Source: Longimicrobiales bacterium (GTDB taxonomy: Bacteria; Gemmatimonadota; Gemmatimonadetes; Longimicrobiales; Gaopeijiaceae). From it: 64,000 nt of DNA. Below are positions 29,451 through 38,707 of the stretch, piece by piece. The stretch covers positions 224,001 through 288,000 of the forward strand of contig CBDFMQ010000001.1 of assembly GCA_965249725.1 (NCBI GenBank), given 5' to 3'. The translations under genes and the position numbers were made by a program. The first letter of the stretch is position 1. The number at the start of each line of letters is the position of its first letter. Under the pieces are notes generated by a model. The model was not told the origin of the DNA. It saw only the letters and a list, made by a program, of their open reading frames with translations, and searched no databases.

Positions 29451-30365
29451 TCAGCTCTGTTCTCGTGTGAGGATCTGATACCCGCTCGTTGCGGTTTCCT
29501 GAGCGTACAGCTCTGACAGGCGTTTGGTCATGGGCCCGGTTTCCCCAGTGCCGATGGTGCGTCCGTCCAACGTATTGACCGCGACCAGTTCTCCCATGGT
29601 TCCCGAGCAGAACATCTCGTCAGCAGCGTAGGCTTCGGTGAGTGAGACCCCTCGGACCTCGTGCTCGATCCCGTTGGCAGCACAGAGGTCCAGAATCGTC
29701 TGGCGGGTGATCCCCTCGGGGCAGGCATCCGTGGTGCTCGTGAAGACCCGATCCCGTCGTGCGAAGAACACGTGCGTCCCGTGTGCTTCGGCGATGAACC
29801 CTTGCCGGTCGAGCAGTAGGGCCTGGTCGGCGCCTGCGTGATTGGCCTCGATCTTGGCGAGAATCGACTGGAGCAGGTTGTTGTGATGGATCTTCGGGTC
29901 CAGGCAGTCGGGCGGGAATCGGCGCACGGAGCTCGTGATGAACGACAGGCCACCTCGGTCGTACACCGGGGGTTTGAACTCGGGCAGCACGATGAGCGTC
30001 GGGCCCGACTGGTTCAAGCGGGGGTCCATCCCGGACGTGACCTTCACGCCACGCGTCAGTGTGAGGCGCACGTGCACACCGTCGACCATGTCGTTGGCCT
30101 CGAGCGTGCGACGGATCTCGTGGATGATCTCCTCGTGAGAGGGGATCTCGGTGAACGCCAGGGCCTTGGCAGAGTCCCTGAGTCGGTCCAGGTGCTCGAT
30201 CAGCCGAAAGATGCGTCCTTGATAGAGCCGGAGGCCTTCCCAAACGCCGTCGCCGCCCTGGACGACGCTGTCGAACGGGCTGACTCCGGCCTGATCGCGA
30301 TGGACGAGTTCACCGTCGATGTTGACGATGAGATCGCGGTTCCGTTCATCATACTTCTGAAGGAT
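29451..30365 (-). CDS. Class IV (branched-chain/D-amino acid type) aminotransferase; start codon uncertain (ATC at 30365)
   Basis: SPFDS..QGGDGVWEGLR, HLDRL..SA, LLLD..G.IAE, PEGITR. Confidence 0.88.
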   Translation of the reverse strand: MLQKYDERNRDLIVNIDGELVHRDQAGVSPFDSVVQGGDGVWEGLRLYQGRIFRLIEHLDRLRDSAKALAFTEIPSHEEIIHEIRRTLEANDMVDGVHVRLTLTRGVKVTSGMDPRLNQSGPTLIVLPEFKPPVYDRGGLSFITSSVRRFPPDCLDPKIHHNNLLQSILAKIEANHAGADQALLLDRQGFIAEAHGTHVFFARRDRVFTSTTDACPEGITRQTILDLCAANGIEHEVRGVSLTEAYAADEMFCSGTMGELVAVNTLDGRTIGTGETGPMTKRLSELYAQETATSGYQILTREQS

Positions 30366-31719
30366 GATCCCTCCTCTTCTTCGAAAGCCAGAACAAGCTA
30401 ATCGGGAGTCCGCTGGCAACGAAGGCGAAGTCGATCAACGATTTTTCCCACTCGAAGATCGCACGAAGAACCAGCAGTCCCACGATCCCGATCAGGTAGA
30501 TGGACGGGAGCAGGGGATAGAACGGCATCTTGAACGCACCCTCACTGCCCACCTCGTTTCGACGCAGCTTGAACAAGGCCAGCGTCGTCATGGTGTAGAA
30601 GATGAGGATGGCGAAGACCATGCCCGCGGCAATGGCCTCGAACGAGCCCCGAACCACGAGGATCACCGAAGCCCACAGGCAGTGGACGATGATCGCACGT
30701 GACGGCGTTCGGAACGTCGGATGCACGTGATCCAACCAGCGGAAGAACAGTCCATCACGGGCCATCGCGAAGTAGACACGTGTGGCCGACATCATCGTCC
30801 CGTTGATGCTCCCAATGGCTGAGACGATGGCCATGACGGCTACGATGCTCGCACCCACCGCACCGACCATGATCGTCGCCACGTCGGCGGCAGGCGTGAC
30901 GGTGGTCTGCATGCCCTCCATGCCGAGCGTGTAGTGATACACGGTGATGACGGACCAATAGATGCCGAGGACGGTTCCGATTCCGAACAACATGGCGCGG
31001 GGAATCACCCTGCTCGGGTCCTTCATCTCGCCGGCCACGTAGCCGACTCGGTCATAACCGGTGTGGGTGAAGATGATCAACATCAGGGCGGCGATGAGAT
31101 TGCCCGCCGGGCCCAGGCCGGTGGTGGGTGCCGCCTGAGTCCCGAGCAGGTCGGGTACGCCGCTCATGAGCGCCACTCCCACGGCGGCGAAGAGCACCAG
31201 GAAGCCGACCTTGATGACCGTGGTGATCTTCTGGAACATGCTCGCCCACTTGATGCCCACGTAGTTGAAGACTCCCAGGCCCGCGATGATGCTCAGGGCC
31301 ACGGCCGTGTGTCCTCGCGGGCTGAGATCCGTGAGCACACCTACGTAATCCGAGGCGACCAGGGCGAGTCCCGCGGCAGGACTCGTTCGGATGATGAAGA
31401 GCTGGGCCCAGCCGAACATGAATCCGGCGAAGGGGCCGAAGCAGCGGGTGATGTAGACGTACTCACCGCCGGTGGCGGGGAGCCGGGTGCCCAACTCGGC
31501 GTAGATGAGCCCCCCGATCATCGCGAACAGCCCCACCGCGACCCACACCGTCATCACGGCCGAGAACGAGTCGAAATACACCGAGACGAGGGCCGGGGTC
31601 GTGTAGATCCCGGATCCGATCACGATCCCGACGAGGAGTGCGATGCCGTCGAAGGTCCCCAGCGTTCGCCGAAGCTCGGGTTGCGCGGCGTGAGCCCCCT
31701 CGGTGGTCGCGCCGCTCAC
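30349..31719 (-). CDS. APC-family amino acid permease
   Basis: VGIVIGSGIY, YAELGT..P.TGGEY.Y, AGEMKDP, FAMARDG. Confidence 0.92.
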   Translation of the reverse strand: MSGATTEGAHAAQPELRRTLGTFDGIALLVGIVIGSGIYTTPALVSVYFDSFSAVMTVWVAVGLFAMIGGLIYAELGTRLPATGGEYVYITRCFGPFAGFMFGWAQLFIIRTSPAAGLALVASDYVGVLTDLSPRGHTAVALSIIAGLGVFNYVGIKWASMFQKITTVIKVGFLVLFAAVGVALMSGVPDLLGTQAAPTTGLGPAGNLIAALMLIIFTHTGYDRVGYVAGEMKDPSRVIPRAMLFGIGTVLGIYWSVITVYHYTLGMEGMQTTVTPAADVATIMVGAVGASIVAVMAIVSAIGSINGTMMSATRVYFAMARDGLFFRWLDHVHPTFRTPSRAIIVHCLWASVILVVRGSFEAIAAGMVFAILIFYTMTTLALFKLRRNEVGSEGAFKMPFYPLLPSIYLIGIVGLLVLRAIFEWEKSLIDFAFVASGLPISLFWLSKKRRDHPSEV

Positions 31720-32426
31720 TCGATCCGTCCGCTCGCTCGAAGGACCGCCGGTAGCTCTGCAACGGATCCGATGATCGCATCGTGAGGCGCCGACCGGAGC
31801 ATTTCCTCGGTATGGGCTCCTGAAAGCACGCCCACGGCCAACCCGACTCCGGCTCGTTGCGCTGCCTGCAGGTCGGCGGTGGTGTCGCCGACCGCTACGA
31901 CACGCGCCACGTTCTGGGTATTCGTTCTGTGCATGGCTTCGAGTATCAAGTCGGGTTCGGGTCGGCCGTGCTCCACGTCATCGTCGCAGACGACGGCGTC
32001 CAAGGTATTGGTCCATCCGACCCGTGTCAGCAGCAGATGGACCAGGTCACGGTCGAAGCCCGTGGTCAGAGCGACGGCGATTCCGCGGTCCTTGAGCCAC
32101 GCGAACGTCTCTTCGGCCCCGGCCACGGGCCGCACCTCGGCTCTGCCGTAGGCGTCCTGAAGGCGTCTCTTGAAGGCCGAGAAAACCGCGTCTGCGGTGC
32201 GGGTGAGTTCGTCGTGTTTCGGGTCCGGCGTCAGGGTCGACAACAACTCCCCAATGGCCTCTCGCTTGGAGACCCCCCTAACGGCGCGGACCTGGGCGTC
32301 GCTGACGCCCAGGTCCACGGTGGAGAACGCGTATCGAAATGCCGCCGGAACCTCGTCGGCAACGCTCAGCGTCGTGCCGGCGACGTCGAACGCTACCAGC
32401 TCGAAGCCGTACGACTCGTCCGGCAC
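31716..32426 (-). CDS. HAD hydrolase, phosphonatase-like
   Basis: FDVAGTT, RGVSKREAI, LTTGF, GRPEPDLI, VGDT..D. Confidence 0.82.
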   Translation of the reverse strand: MPDESYGFELVAFDVAGTTLSVADEVPAAFRYAFSTVDLGVSDAQVRAVRGVSKREAIGELLSTLTPDPKHDELTRTADAVFSAFKRRLQDAYGRAEVRPVAGAEETFAWLKDRGIAVALTTGFDRDLVHLLLTRVGWTNTLDAVVCDDDVEHGRPEPDLILEAMHRTNTQNVARVVAVGDTTADLQAAQRAGVGLAVGVLSGAHTEEMLRSAPHDAIIGSVAELPAVLRASGRIE

Positions 32427-32433
32427 CCTCCGA

Positions 32434-34140
32434 TCAGTTCGTCCCGCCGGTGTACATGACTTCCCCGCCCACGATCGTATACGCGATCTCGGTAGAAGGA
32501 ATCTCGTTCTCCGGAATCGTCATGATGTCCTTGGTGAGTACGGTGACGTCCGCGAGCTTGCCCACCTCGAGAGAGCCCTTGATGTCCTCTTCGTAACCCG
32601 AGTAGGCCACGTTGATGGTGTACGACTTGAGGGCCTCCATGCGGCTCATGCGCTGGTCGGGGTAGAAGACGTCCCCGTTGTTCATCCTACGTGAAACCGT
32701 AGCGTAGAAGCTCGCCAGGGGATCGACGTCCTCGACGGGCGCGTCGGTTCCGTTGGTCACCATGCCACCTGCCTTCATGATGTCCTGCCACACATAGGCT
32801 CCCCACTCGGCTCGCTCCTCACCGAGACGCGGCTCTACCCAGGGTCCGTCGGACGTGGCGTGAACGCCCTGCATCGACGCGATCACCTTCAAGTTTCCGA
32901 AGCGCGAAATGTCCTCCGGATGCAGGTGCTGCGCGTGTTCGATGCGCCAGCGCAGATCCTCCTGGTCGGGGTGCTCCTCGAATGTCTCCTCGTAGATGTC
33001 GAACACCACGCGGTTGCCCCGGTCGCCGATGGCGTGGACACCCAGTTGGAACCCGTGTTGGATCGCCAACTCCGCGGTCTCGTAGATGCCCTCGATGTCA
33101 CGAGGGAGCCCGCTGCTCTCGGGAAGGTCGTTGTACGGCTCCAGGAGCCACGCTCCGTGTGATCCCAATGCTCCATCGATGCTGCTCTTGATCGCGCGCA
33201 CCGTGAGCCGATCGTCGCCGGCGCCGATGATCTTGTAGTCGGGCAGCTTCTCCGCCAAGTCGGCGTTGGACGCCCTGATCATGACCCAGAGCCGGATCTT
33301 GAGACTTCCGTCCTCGGCCATCTCACGGAAGACATCGATCGTGTTGAACCCGGAGCCCGCGTCTTGGAACGAGGTGAGCCCCTTGGACATCGCCTCCTCC
33401 TGCGCCAGCTCTACCACTCGCCTGGGATCAGGTGCGACCGCCCCCTCCCGGGCCGGGCCCAACAGGCCACCGGCGCTCTCCTTGAGGTAGCCCGTGGCAT
33501 TGCCCGATGCGTCCCTCACGATCTCGCCTCCGGACGGGCTGCGTGTTTCGGCACCGAGGCCCGCCATCTCCATGGCCTTGGCGTTGGCGAACGTCGCGTG
33601 GCCGCTGGCGTGTCTGAGGATCACCGGGTTGTCGGGCGACACGGCGCTGAGGCTGTGGTGGGTCGGCACGCCCTCGACGCTTCCTTCGACCACCTCGTCC
33701 CACTTTTCCTGGTGCCATCCACGCCCGCGGATGAGTTCTCCGGGCTCTGCCTGAGCCACGGCTTCCTCGACCATGGCTACTATCTCGCCCCAGTTGGGCA
33801 CTTCCATGAGCTTGAGCTGCAGGTTGGCATCACCGACGCCTATGAAGTGCGCGTGGCCCTCGATGAGTCCCGGGATGGCTGTCATGCCGTCCAAGTCGAT
33901 CACCTCGGTGTTCGAGCCGATGTACTGCTCGACGTCGGCGTCGCTTCCCAGGGCCACGATTCGACCGTCTTTGGCGGCGAGCGCCTGAGCGGCTGGATTC
34001 GCATCGTCGACGGTCACGATATTGCCGTTTCTCAGCACGAGGTCGGCTTCGTCGCCGGACTCACAACCGGTCAAAACGGCTAAAGCGGCTACCACAATGC
34101 CGCACTTCATTAGTCTTGGTGCCTTGGAATTCGAGAACAT
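32434..34140 (-). CDS. Amidohydrolase 3 (YtcJ-like) lipoprotein
   Basis: Lipobox LTGC, PGLIEGHAH, DGALGS, HAIGD, RIEHAQ, GTDAPVE, GKLAD. Confidence 0.9.
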   Translation of the reverse strand: MFSNSKAPRLMKCGIVVAALAVLTGCESGDEADLVLRNGNIVTVDDANPAAQALAAKDGRIVALGSDADVEQYIGSNTEVIDLDGMTAIPGLIEGHAHFIGVGDANLQLKLMEVPNWGEIVAMVEEAVAQAEPGELIRGRGWHQEKWDEVVEGSVEGVPTHHSLSAVSPDNPVILRHASGHATFANAKAMEMAGLGAETRSPSGGEIVRDASGNATGYLKESAGGLLGPAREGAVAPDPRRVVELAQEEAMSKGLTSFQDAGSGFNTIDVFREMAEDGSLKIRLWVMIRASNADLAEKLPDYKIIGAGDDRLTVRAIKSSIDGALGSHGAWLLEPYNDLPESSGLPRDIEGIYETAELAIQHGFQLGVHAIGDRGNRVVFDIYEETFEEHPDQEDLRWRIEHAQHLHPEDISRFGNLKVIASMQGVHATSDGPWVEPRLGEERAEWGAYVWQDIMKAGGMVTNGTDAPVEDVDPLASFYATVSRRMNNGDVFYPDQRMSRMEALKSYTINVAYSGYEEDIKGSLEVGKLADVTVLTKDIMTIPENEIPSTEIAYTIVGGEVMYTGGTN

Positions 34141-34326
34141 GGAGCCCTCCGGAGTTCATACCTGCCATGGGAGACTTTTTAGCGTAGGGGATAGGAACGT
34201 GTGGGGCAATGAGTCGAGGCCGGCTGGAGCCCAGCGTGCCGAGGGGGGATTATCGGCGTGACTTGCATCATGTCGTGGCGATGGGTTCAACTGTGCTGCA
34301 GACCCTCCGCCGAAACGCGCCACAGC

Positions 34327-35505
34327 ATGTCAGAATCCTTCTACAGTGCGATCGAACCGGTCGACGATTTCGAGGCGCTCGTCCGTGTCGAGAGCTACAC
34401 GCGACTCCCGGACGATTGGTCCTTGGTCGTTGCCGATGTGGTCGATTCCACGGGGGCCATCGAGGCGGGGGAGTACAAGGCGGTGAACACCGTCGGGGTG
34501 TCGGTCATCGCCGCTACGGTGAACGCGCTCGTTCCGGTAGAGATCCCCTACATCTTCGGCGGTGACGGAGCGCTGCTGTGCATTCCGGGTCGCGCCGCTC
34601 ACGAGGTCACTCTTGCCATGTCCGCTACCACCGCAATGGCCAGGGAGAGCTTCGGGTTGGAGTTACGGGCCGCCATCGTGCCGGTGTCCCACCTCCGGGA
34701 GTCGGGCCATGACATACTGGTGGCCCGCCACCGCGTTTCTCCCCACTACGTCCAGTGTGCCCTGCATGGAGGAGGAGCCGAAGTCGCGGAGCGAAGCCTG
34801 AAGGCCGGTGAGCTGCCCCCCGAAATCCTGATCGCGGCCGATTCCGCTGCGGACGCGGACTACAGTGGCCTCGAATGCCGCTGGGGGGAGATCCCCAGTC
34901 CGCGCGGCGAGACGGTGGCCGTCATCATCGACGCCGTGGCGGAATCCGGAGGAACGCTTGAGGCGTACGGCCCCATCATGGATCGGATCCGGGCGATCTA
35001 CGGGGATGCGGACCGTTGCCGCCCCGTGACCGAAGGTGGTCTTCGTGTCACGCTCTCCAGGCGGATCTTGGGAAACGAACTACGGCTGCAGGGTTGGCGG
35101 AACGGCCTCGTAGAGCGGTGGAGCCGCGGGCTGGTCCTGCGCTTCCGGGTGATTCTCGGCTGGTTCCTACTCCGCTTCGGGGTGCGGAGCGGCGAGGTCG
35201 ACTGGGGCAGCTACAAGGCGGATCTCGTCTCCAACACCGACTTCCGAAAGTTCGACGGATCTCTGCGGCTGGTTTTGGCAGGGAGCTCCGATCAACGCGA
35301 GGAGCTGGAGGAATACCTGGAGGGACTCCGTCGACGAGGCCAGGTGCAATTCGGCATCCACGTCGCGCGCTCGGCGTTGATGACCTGCCTGATCGAGCAC
35401 CGCCAGAACGCTCACTTCCACTTTGTGGACGCATCCGGGGGAGGATACGCCGCCGCGGCTAGGGCGCTGAAGGAGAGCGTGGCGGGAGAAGGGCCGGATC
35501 AGTGA
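34327..35505 (+). CDS. DUF3095 family protein
   Basis: LPDDW.LVVADVV.ST.AI..G.YK.VN, FGGDGA, GLECRW, DFRKFDG, HFHFVD..GGY. Confidence 0.85.
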   Translation: MSESFYSAIEPVDDFEALVRVESYTRLPDDWSLVVADVVDSTGAIEAGEYKAVNTVGVSVIAATVNALVPVEIPYIFGGDGALLCIPGRAAHEVTLAMSATTAMARESFGLELRAAIVPVSHLRESGHDILVARHRVSPHYVQCALHGGGAEVAERSLKAGELPPEILIAADSAADADYSGLECRWGEIPSPRGETVAVIIDAVAESGGTLEAYGPIMDRIRAIYGDADRCRPVTEGGLRVTLSRRILGNELRLQGWRNGLVERWSRGLVLRFRVILGWFLLRFGVRSGEVDWGSYKADLVSNTDFRKFDGSLRLVLAGSSDQREELEEYLEGLRRRGQVQFGIHVARSALMTCLIEHRQNAHFHFVDASGGGYAAAARALKESVAGEGPDQ

Positions 35506-35662
35506 GGCCGGGCCGCGACGAACAGGGAGCGCTCCAGTACACCGGTCAGTATGCCTTCACGAAGCTTCTCCAGCGTTCGTATCGAGGTGGGGCAGTAGCC
35601 TTCGCCCTGCTCGCTCGACGCCGGAGGACTGTCACAAGAGGCCCGTCCAGATCGTTCTATCA

Positions 35663-36082
35663 GTGATGCTTATCATACCGAAGGACCTTCGAATCCGTCT
35701 CGCCGTAGGGTGCGCCTCACTCCTGATGGCCGCCTGCTCCGATCCGTTCCAAGTGTCGGACTCTCTGGGTGAGTGGGGAGGAGAGGGCGTGGCCGCGGTG
35801 ATCGAGACCGGCTCTGCCAGCTTCGAATTCGATTGTGCCCACGCGTCCGTTCCCGGGGGCATCACCTTCGATGAGAGCGGATCGTTCGAGGTCACCGGCA
35901 TCTGGGTGCCCGAGGGCGGGCCGGTACCCGAAGAGCCTCGAGAGGAGCTCGAGGCGGTCTTCCGAGGGCGAATCGGCGGGACGTCGATGAACCTCGAGGT
36001 GGATATCATCCCAAGGGACGTGACGGCGGGTCCCTACGAGTTGCGACGCGGTCGGACGCCGCTACTGCGAAAGTGCCTCTAG
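35663..36082 (+). CDS. Hypothetical lipoprotein
   Basis: Lipobox MAAC; GEWGG, FEFDCAH, C-terminal KCL. Confidence 0.7.
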   Translation: MMLIIPKDLRIRLAVGCASLLMAACSDPFQVSDSLGEWGGEGVAAVIETGSASFEFDCAHASVPGGITFDESGSFEVTGIWVPEGGPVPEEPREELEAVFRGRIGGTSMNLEVDIIPRDVTAGPYELRRGRTPLLRKCL

Positions 36083-36160
36083 CGACAGCGCGCCGCTGAG
36101 AGCTACTGCGGGACGACTCCTTCCGCAATCGGAACGTCCGGCGGTGGCCTGGATCAGGCC

Positions 36161-37201
36161 CTACGGCTCGTCCCGGGGAATCGGGAGACCGACAAGGGCG
36201 ATCTTCGTTCCGTCGGGGCTGACCGCGATTCGGCTGAGGGTCAGATTCATGTGCCCGAGGTCCGCCATGACCCGCCAGCCTGGGTCCACCACCGCGTCCA
36301 CTTCTGTGTCCGCCTGCGGATCCGCCTCCGGATCCAGCTCCTCGTCCAATTCCGGAGCCCACTGGAGGATCTGACCTCCCGCGGCCATGAGCAGCACGCC
36401 CTCCGGGGTCCAGGCGTGGAAGTCACCGCCGTCACGGGTCTGGATCAGACGCTCGATTTCGTGGGTCCCGATGTTGAGCTGGCTGATCCACGACTCGGTA
36501 GGGGAGATCCGTTCGACGAAGCTCCACGCGTTCCGGGTGGGGATCTTGTGTAGGGACCGGCCGATGCTGTCGGCGACCACTTCGGATACCCCGGTCGTGG
36601 CGTCGGCCACCTGGAGCGTGGGCGGATCCCCGAGTACGAACAGCAGCACGCTTTGTTCGTTGCCCCAGGCATGGTACCCCACTGGGGCGACGTCACGGAG
36701 GACCACCTCCGCGTCCATGCCCTCCATGGTGAAGCGCCACAGACGCTGCGTCGAATCCGCCTCGACCTGGATCGCAGAGAAGGCCCGATCTCCGGGAATC
36801 GGAGTCGGAGAGTACTCACTCTCCTTGGTCCTCGTGATCCGGGTGGTCCGGCCGGAGGACAGATAGTAGCGATGGATCTCGGTCTGGCCGTCTTCCTGGG
36901 CTGCGGTGAAGAGGATCGAGCGGCTGTCAGGCGAGAACTGGGGCTGATTGTCGTAGGCCTCGGGCCGATTGGTGACGTTCTTCAGGTCTCCGAGAAAGTG
37001 GAGTCCGTCGAAAACGGAGAGATCCGCCACATAGATATCGGCCTGGGGAGGTAGGTCCTGGCCGGAGACCGCTTCGGGGAGCATCGGCGTCAGGAGGATG
37101 CCCGTCAGCAGGGTTGCCGACGTGCATATCCGGCCGGCTCTGGATGGTAGTGCTCCACGGCGGCCGGGTGCGGGTAGCGGGGTAATGGCTGTCTCGATCA
37201 T
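36161..37201 (-). CDS. TolB-like (PD40 repeat) exported protein
   Basis: YDNQPQFSPDS, ESEYSPTP, VGYHAW, SRIAVSPDG; start uncertain. Confidence 0.8.
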   Translation of the reverse strand: MIETAITPLPAPGRRGALPSRAGRICTSATLLTGILLTPMLPEAVSGQDLPPQADIYVADLSVFDGLHFLGDLKNVTNRPEAYDNQPQFSPDSRSILFTAAQEDGQTEIHRYYLSSGRTTRITRTKESEYSPTPIPGDRAFSAIQVEADSTQRLWRFTMEGMDAEVVLRDVAPVGYHAWGNEQSVLLFVLGDPPTLQVADATTGVSEVVADSIGRSLHKIPTRNAWSFVERISPTESWISQLNIGTHEIERLIQTRDGGDFHAWTPEGVLLMAAGGQILQWAPELDEELDPEADPQADTEVDAVVDPGWRVMADLGHMNLTLSRIAVSPDGTKIALVGLPIPRDEP

Positions 37202-37432
37202 GGCACACGGGTCAGGGACGTCCGATGCGATGGTTCTCCATAAGGGCCGGGCCGTCGGGGGGCAAGGCCGCCCTGTCACAAGAGGCTGCCGTCATTCGTT
37301 TATTTGGGTACGTCGGAAGGGGGCTGGAAGTGCCCGAGAGCCCGACGTGGGCATCTCGAACCCTTACCCGTGGTCCGTGTACTTGAGCATCAACCGTATA
37401 GACGAGCCGGGGCTTCCCGGCGGGGAGTGGTG

Positions 37433-37900
37433 ATGGGCCGCAAGTGGAATCGTGTCGATAGGAGAGGCGTCGGGGGCAGGGGCTCGCTTCTGCCGGTCCT
37501 TGTGCTCATGCTCGCGCAGGCTGCGTGTAGCTCGGATCCTACCGTGCCGGAGACGGAGGCACTGCCCCGGGCGCTGTTCGGAAGCTGGGCGTGGGTCAGG
37601 GCTACGGGAGGGATCGCCGGTGTCACTCAGACCCCCGAAACCGAGGGGTACAGTCGGACCATCACATTCACCGCGCCGGGCCAGGTGGTGCTGTTCCGGG
37701 ACGGTCAGCCAGAAGTGACGACCACGTTCGAGTTCGTCCCGAAGCTGGACAACGGCTCGGTGGTTCGCTCCGCGCAACTCGTCTATGCGGCCCCGCTCAC
37801 CGGATGGGACGAACAATGGGTGGAAATCACCGGGGCGGGGGAGTTGGTGCTCTCCGATCCGTGTTGTGACGGGTTTACCTACGAGTGGCGCCGGGAATAG
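37433..37900 (+). CDS. Hypothetical lipoprotein
   Basis: Lipobox QAAC; LFGSW.W...GGIAG, L.LSDPCCDGF. Confidence 0.7.
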   Translation: MGRKWNRVDRRGVGGRGSLLPVLVLMLAQAACSSDPTVPETEALPRALFGSWAWVRATGGIAGVTQTPETEGYSRTITFTAPGQVVLFRDGQPEVTTTFEFVPKLDNGSVVRSAQLVYAAPLTGWDEQWVEITGAGELVLSDPCCDGFTYEWRRE

Positions 37901-37924
37901 TGCCCGTCAACGGATCGACGGCGC

Positions 37925-38707
37925 TCAAGTCCGTGCCGGGTACTCATCGTGGTAGACGATGGCGTGCACCGTTCGGGGTCCGTGGACACCGAGAGTCAGT
38001 GTGAGTTCGATGTCGGCCGACTTGCTCGGACCCGTGACGAATGTCACCTGAGATCCCTCTCGGAGGGTGGCGTCCAACCGGCCGTCTTCTCTGAGAGACG
38101 CGACCCACGATTCTGCGGACGCGTGGATGCGACTGCTCGGGACCAGGACGATGTGGTGCAAGGGCAGGAGGCTGGCGGTCCGGCTTCGACCGGCGTCTGC
38201 GAGCATCACGAGAGTTCCCGTGCTCGCCAGAGCCGCGTCGACCGAGGTGATGCCCACTGCGAGCCCCGCGGCGGCGTCTCGCTGGCTCGGATCGTGGAGA
38301 TCGCCAGGCACCATCAGCGCGATTCCATCGCGAGCCAAGTGACCCTCGAGATCTGGTAGGCCCAATGCGTTCGGCGCCCAGCCGAGGACCGTCGAGAACG
38401 TGAGATCATCGGCACCGCCGGCCTCGCGCAGTCCCTTTACGTGCGCCAGGACCCTTTGCGCCACGTGGTCCTGCCCCACGATCTCGTGGCTTCCCAGGAC
38501 GGCGTCCAGGCTGGCACCGAACCGCTCGGCTAGAGCCTTCCGATTTCCTTCGGCGTACGTGAGTGGCGTGAGTGGCCTCTGTGGGTCTGTCTGTCCGGGA
38601 GCCTTGAACGCGGCCGCGGGGTCGGTGAGGCCTGCGCGCAGTCGGGCCAGGATGGTCGTGCGAGCCGTGTCCTGCGCGTGACCCGTCGCCTGCGAGGAGT
38701 CGCTCAT
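37925..38707 (-). CDS. lutC: Lactate utilisation protein C (LUD domain)
   Basis: ALASTGTL, RTASLLP.HH, VTGPSKSADIE..L..GVHGP. Confidence 0.88.
   Translation of the reverse strand: MSDSSQATGHAQDTARTTILARLRAGLTDPAAAFKAPGQTDPQRPLTPLTYAEGNRKALAERFGASLDAVLGSHEIVGQDHVAQRVLAHVKGLREAGGADDLTFSTVLGWAPNALGLPDLEGHLARDGIALMVPGDLHDPSQRDAAAGLAVGITSVDAALASTGTLVMLADAGRSRTASLLPLHHIVLVPSSRIHASAESWVASLREDGRLDATLREGSQVTFVTGPSKSADIELTLTLGVHGPRTVHAIVYHDEYPART

Noticed and set aside
35502..35630. Possible gene remnant on the minus strand (..RTLEKLREGILTGVLERSLFVAARPH)
   Set aside because: Too short to assign
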